A stretch of 64,000 bases of DNA, taken from Myxococcota bacterium. GTDB taxonomy: Bacteria; Myxococcota_A; UBA9160; JAFDDA01. Numbering within the stretch: position 1 is the stretch's first letter; every line of letters begins with the position of its first letter. Positions 60,625 to 64,000 of this stretch are shown here, piece after piece. A model generated the notes under the pieces. The model had not been told where the DNA came from. It was given only the letters and a program-made list of their open reading frames with translations, and searched no databases. The translations under genes and the position numbers were made by a program. The DNA lies in contig OZ245817.1 in NCBI GenBank assembly GCA_965228475.1, forward strand, positions 2,816,001-2,880,000, given 5' to 3'.

Positions 60625-61091
60625 GGCCCCCGGCCTACCTGGCCGTCATGGACCGCCTGAACCCGCTCGTCGTCGGCCTGCTGCATGCACCACTCCTGCA
60701 CTGGCTCGCGAGCCCGGGCCTGATGACGATCACGCTCGAGGGCCGGCGAACCGGCCGACGGGCGCGCTTCCCCGTCGGCTACCACGACCAGGGCGACGCG
60801 GTCGTCGTACTCGTCTCGAACGCGAGCGCGCGCCAGTGGTGGCGGAACTTCCGTTCTCCCTGGCCGGCCGAACTCCGCCTGCGGGGAAAGCGCCGGCCGA
60901 TGACGGGCGAGGTGCTCGAGCCGGGCAGCGAGGAGTATCGTGAGCGCGTCGGCCGTTCCTTCGCGCGCGCTGCCTTCATCCCGGGCCTGTTCGAGATCGA
61001 TTTCGATCGCGAGCGCGGCCTCACCGCGGAGCAGATGAAGGCACTCGGCGAATACGCCGCCGTCGTTCGATTCACGGAGAACCCGGGATAG
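60621..61091 (+). CDS. Deazaflavin-dependent nitroreductase-like (split-barrel) protein
   Basis: GRRTGR....PVGY, WWRNF. Confidence 0.65.
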   Translation: MRPPAYLAVMDRLNPLVVGLLHAPLLHWLASPGLMTITLEGRRTGRRARFPVGYHDQGDAVVVLVSNASARQWWRNFRSPWPAELRLRGKRRPMTGEVLEPGSEEYRERVGRSFARAAFIPGLFEIDFDRERGLTAEQMKALGEYAAVVRFTENPG

Positions 61092-61582
61092 TGTGGTTCG
61101 ACCTCGAGCCGGTCCCCCTCGAGTTCCTCGAGCGTGCACCTCGCCGTTTCACCGTCGAGGCCCGCGTCCGCGCCCCGCGCCAGGCGGTCTGGGACGCTTT
61201 CATCGACGCTCCCGGCTGGCCGCGCTGGTTTCCGGGCGTGAGCGAGGCGAGCTATCCGGGCGGCGCGCCCCCCTATGGTGTGGGGACCCGGCGGGAAGCG
61301 ACCGTCCGGGGCCAGCGCTGGCAGGAGACCATCCTCGCCTTCGAGCCCGGCGTCCGCTGGGCCTACCGGGTGGACCGCGCGACCGTTCCGCTGGCCCACG
61401 CCCAGATCGAGTGCACCGAGTTCGCCGACGACGGCCCCGGAACCCGTCTGCGCTGGACCCTCGCCGCCCGGCCGAGGGTCTTGCTCCGGCTCTCCGGGCC
61501 CCTGATGGAACGATCCCTGGCCAGGCTCCTTGCAAGGGCCAGCGAGAACCTCGAACGCGAGGTCGGGATTCCCGAAAACTAG
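61091..61582 (+). CDS. SRPBCC family protein
   Basis: APRQAVW....W..WFP, GVGTRR, ETILAFEP. Confidence 0.8.
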   Translation: MWFDLEPVPLEFLERAPRRFTVEARVRAPRQAVWDAFIDAPGWPRWFPGVSEASYPGGAPPYGVGTRREATVRGQRWQETILAFEPGVRWAYRVDRATVPLAHAQIECTEFADDGPGTRLRWTLAARPRVLLRLSGPLMERSLARLLARASENLEREVGIPEN

Positions 61583-61585
61583 GCA

Positions 61586-61630
61586 TTGACAAGATCGCCG
61601 CCTTCGATCATCTTGGCGCCGTCAAGATGA
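61586..61630 (+). promoter_or_regulatory. Promoter plus palindromic TetR operator
   Basis: TTGACA at 61586; perfect inverted repeat TCATCTTG-N7-CAAGATGA (61608-61630) covering the -10 region. Confidence 0.7.
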
Positions 61631-61640
61631 AGGAGCGGGC

Positions 61641-62273
61641 ATGGCCTACCACCACGGAAACCTCAAGGAAGCCCTGCTCGAGCGCGCCGCCGAGGTGATC
61701 GCCGAGCGCGGGATCGAGGCGCTCTCCCTGCGCGGCCTCGCCCGGGACCTCGGCGTCTCCCACGCCGCGCCGGGCGCCCACTTCGCGGACCGCCGGGCCC
61801 TGCTGAGCGAGCTGGCCAAGCAGGGCTTCGAGAAGAGCGTGGAAGCCATGAACGCGGGGGCTGCCGCCGCCGGGCCCGACCCCGTCGCCCGCTACCGCGC
61901 GCTCGGGCGCTCCTACGTTCGCTTCGCTCGGGACTTCCCGTCGTACTTCCGGATCATCAACCACCCGGAGGTCCAGTCCCACGTCGACGAAGCCCTGCGC
62001 GAGGCGCGGGCCGCCTGGGTCACGACGCTCCGGGAGGGAGTCGAGGCAGCGCGCGCTTCGGGATGGCACCCCGAGATCGACGTCGAGACGCTCCTTGCCT
62101 TCAGCTGCGCGGCCGCCTCGGGCGCCGCACAAATTCTCTCCGACTCCGGCTGGTCTGCACACTTCGACACGGACGACCTCGATGCCCTCGCGGACGACGT
62201 GCTCGACCTCGTCGTGCACCGCAGCCGGACGAGCGCGCTGCCGAGCGCCGAGGACGAAAGGAAGGTCTCATGA
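61641..62273 (+). CDS. TetR family regulator (YHHG-type)
   Basis: YHHGNL; LSLRGLARDLGVSHAAP. Confidence 0.92.
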   Translation: MAYHHGNLKEALLERAAEVIAERGIEALSLRGLARDLGVSHAAPGAHFADRRALLSELAKQGFEKSVEAMNAGAAAAGPDPVARYRALGRSYVRFARDFPSYFRIINHPEVQSHVDEALREARAAWVTTLREGVEAARASGWHPEIDVETLLAFSCAAASGAAQILSDSGWSAHFDTDDLDALADDVLDLVVHRSRTSALPSAEDERKVS

Positions 62274-62470
62274 GATTCGCCGGCTCGAACCGCGCCCTCA
62301 CCGCCGCGGGCCCGATCCTCTTCGGCGTCGCATTCCTCGCGCCGCTCGTCGCGCAGTCCCTCGAAGCGGCCTCGCTCCCGGCCCCCTTCGGCCTCGAGCC
62401 GCTTCCCTTCGGGCTGGCGCTCGGCCTCTCCCTCGGCGTCGTCGCGGCGCTGCGAGGTTGCTGGGTATGA
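62270..62470 (+). CDS. Small 2-TM membrane protein
   Basis: ATGA overlaps on both sides; LFGVAFLAPLVAQ...RGCWV. Confidence 0.6.
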   Translation: MRFAGSNRALTAAGPILFGVAFLAPLVAQSLEAASLPAPFGLEPLPFGLALGLSLGVVAALRGCWV

Positions 62471-63357
62471 GCGCTGCCGCCACCCGAAGCGAGCCGCTCG
62501 CGCCGCGCAGCGAACGGGAGCTGAAACTCGAAGAAGCCGCCGTCGCCCGGAAGTACATGGGGCGCGTGCCGTGGGAGATGGTCGCCTGGGGGCTCGGCAA
62601 CTTCGTCCTGTGGCTCTCGATCTGGCCGCTCACGTTCCTGGGCGTGCTTCCGCTGTGGGCCGCCTTCGTGCTCTCGACCGTCTCCATCACGGTCTGCTAC
62701 CTGCCGTCCCACGAGGCGCAGCACTCGATCATCGCGACCGAAGGGAGCCGGCTGCGCTGGCTGAACCAGCTCGTCGGACACGTCTCGACGATCCCCCTGC
62801 TGCTCCCCTACCGGATCGCGTGGATCACGCACAAGCAGCATCACGCCAACGCGAACGACCCCGAGCTCGACCCCGACCACCACAACAAGGGCGACACGTG
62901 GTGGCAGGCCGCCTGGAACGGTTTCCAAGCCCGGCAATTCGGCGCGAAGAACGGGTACAAGAGCGCGCTGGCCCGGAGCGACGACCCGGACCTCGGGAAG
63001 GCGATCCGCGAAGGCACGATCCTCTCGCTCTCGTACTACGCGATCCTCACCGCGCTGGCGTGGTCGGGACATGCCCTCGAGGCGGCCTTCATCTGGTGGC
63101 TCCCGCGGCACATCGCCATGACCTACATCCAGCTCTTCCTCAGCTGGGCGCCGCACCACCCCATGGAAGAAACGGGCCGCTATCGCGATACGCGCGCCTG
63201 GAAGTCTCCCGTCGGAACGATCCTCTCGATGGGGATGGAGTACCACCTCATCCACCATCTCTTCCCGAGGATCCCCCTCTTCCAGACTGGCCCCGCCTAC
63301 CACGAGCTGCGTCACCTGCTCGACGAACGGGGCTGCCCGAACGACCGGCCCGACTGA
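62467..63357 (+). CDS. Membrane di-iron fatty-acid desaturase / carotenoid hydroxylase-like protein
   Basis: His boxes HEAQH, HKQHH, HLIHH. Confidence 0.85.
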   Translation: MSAAATRSEPLAPRSERELKLEEAAVARKYMGRVPWEMVAWGLGNFVLWLSIWPLTFLGVLPLWAAFVLSTVSITVCYLPSHEAQHSIIATEGSRLRWLNQLVGHVSTIPLLLPYRIAWITHKQHHANANDPELDPDHHNKGDTWWQAAWNGFQARQFGAKNGYKSALARSDDPDLGKAIREGTILSLSYYAILTALAWSGHALEAAFIWWLPRHIAMTYIQLFLSWAPHHPMEETGRYRDTRAWKSPVGTILSMGMEYHLIHHLFPRIPLFQTGPAYHELRHLLDERGCPNDRPD

Positions 63358-63421
63358 GCGCCCACGCGCATCCGCGGCGATCTGCCCTACGCTGACGCCT
63401 CACGACGCCGCGGGGCCCGCC

Positions 63422-64000
63422 ATGACCGATCTCATCCTCCACCACTACGACCTCTCGCCCTACGCGGAGAAGATCCGGCTCGCGCTCGGGATGAAGGGGC
63501 TGGCTTGGCGCTCCGTCCAGACGCCGATGGTGCTTCCGAAGCCCGATCACTTCGAGCTCACCGGCGGCTACCGGCGCGTCCCGGTCCTGCAGATCGGCGC
63601 CGACGTCTACTGCGACAGTCACCTCATCACGCGGGTCCTCGACCGGCACTTTCCCGAGGTGCCCCTCTCCCCGCCGGGCCGGGAAGCCGAGGAGATCGCG
63701 TTCTCCCGCTTCGGCGAGACCACCTTCATGATGCTGATCAACGCGTTCTTCGGGCTCGGCGGCGTCTTCGACGAAGCCTTCGTCGAGGACCGCACGGCGA
63801 CGATGATTCCGCCCGGCATGGACGTGAAACAGGCTCCCCTGATCCTGCCGACGAAACTCCTGCAGATCCGCGCCAACCTCGACCGGATCGATCGACAGCT
63901 CGCGGACGGGCGGCTCTTCGTCCTGGGCGGCGAGGCTTCGGCGGCGGACCTCTCGGCCTACCACCCGACGGCGATGCTCCGCGTCCATCCGAAGACGGCG
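63422..64000 (+). CDS. Glutathione S-transferase family protein (3' truncated; absent from ORF track)
   Basis: MTDLILHHYDLSPYAEKIRL...PKPD...LTGGYRRVPVLQIGADVYCDS; frame appears open to the window end. Confidence 0.88.
   Translation, partial: MTDLILHHYDLSPYAEKIRLALGMKGLAWRSVQTPMVLPKPDHFELTGGYRRVPVLQIGADVYCDSHLITRVLDRHFPEVPLSPPGREAEEIAFSRFGETTFMMLINAFFGLGGVFDEAFVEDRTATMIPPGMDVKQAPLILPTKLLQIRANLDRIDRQLADGRLFVLGGEASAADLSAYHPTAMLRVHPKTA

Overview
GC-rich bacterial chromosomal window with about 52 protein-coding genes. I saw no rRNA, tRNA, CRISPR array or mobile element. A PEP-CTERM protein and a Cys-Gly-Leu-Gly + TM + Arg C-terminal tail suggest a Myxococcota/deltaproteobacterial-type host (inference). 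Contents in order: 3' end of a clade I-type nos cluster (nosZ-R-D-F-Y-L); a sigma54-preceded PEP-CTERM gene; large secreted FG-GAP/ASPIC proteins, one fused to a vanadium haloperoxidase; an FeS (6-4) photolyase; WS/DGAT; an aceE-aceF-lpdA PDH operon; and several TetR-controlled lipid/aromatic catabolic modules, including a 4-subunit 2-oxoacid:ferredoxin oxidoreductase. Main observation: two genes are split by an in-frame TGA followed by a SECIS-like hairpin with the same GGTC loop. One is a glutathione peroxidase, a known selenoprotein family that serves as an internal control. The other is a ~998-aa exported FG-GAP/ASPIC-UnbV + CxxC thioredoxin-fold lipoprotein, a candidate unusual selenoprotein that the ORF track reports as two genes. 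The nos accessory genes also appear to use non-canonical start codons (CTG, TTG, ATA). All assignments come from motif recognition; no database searches were run.
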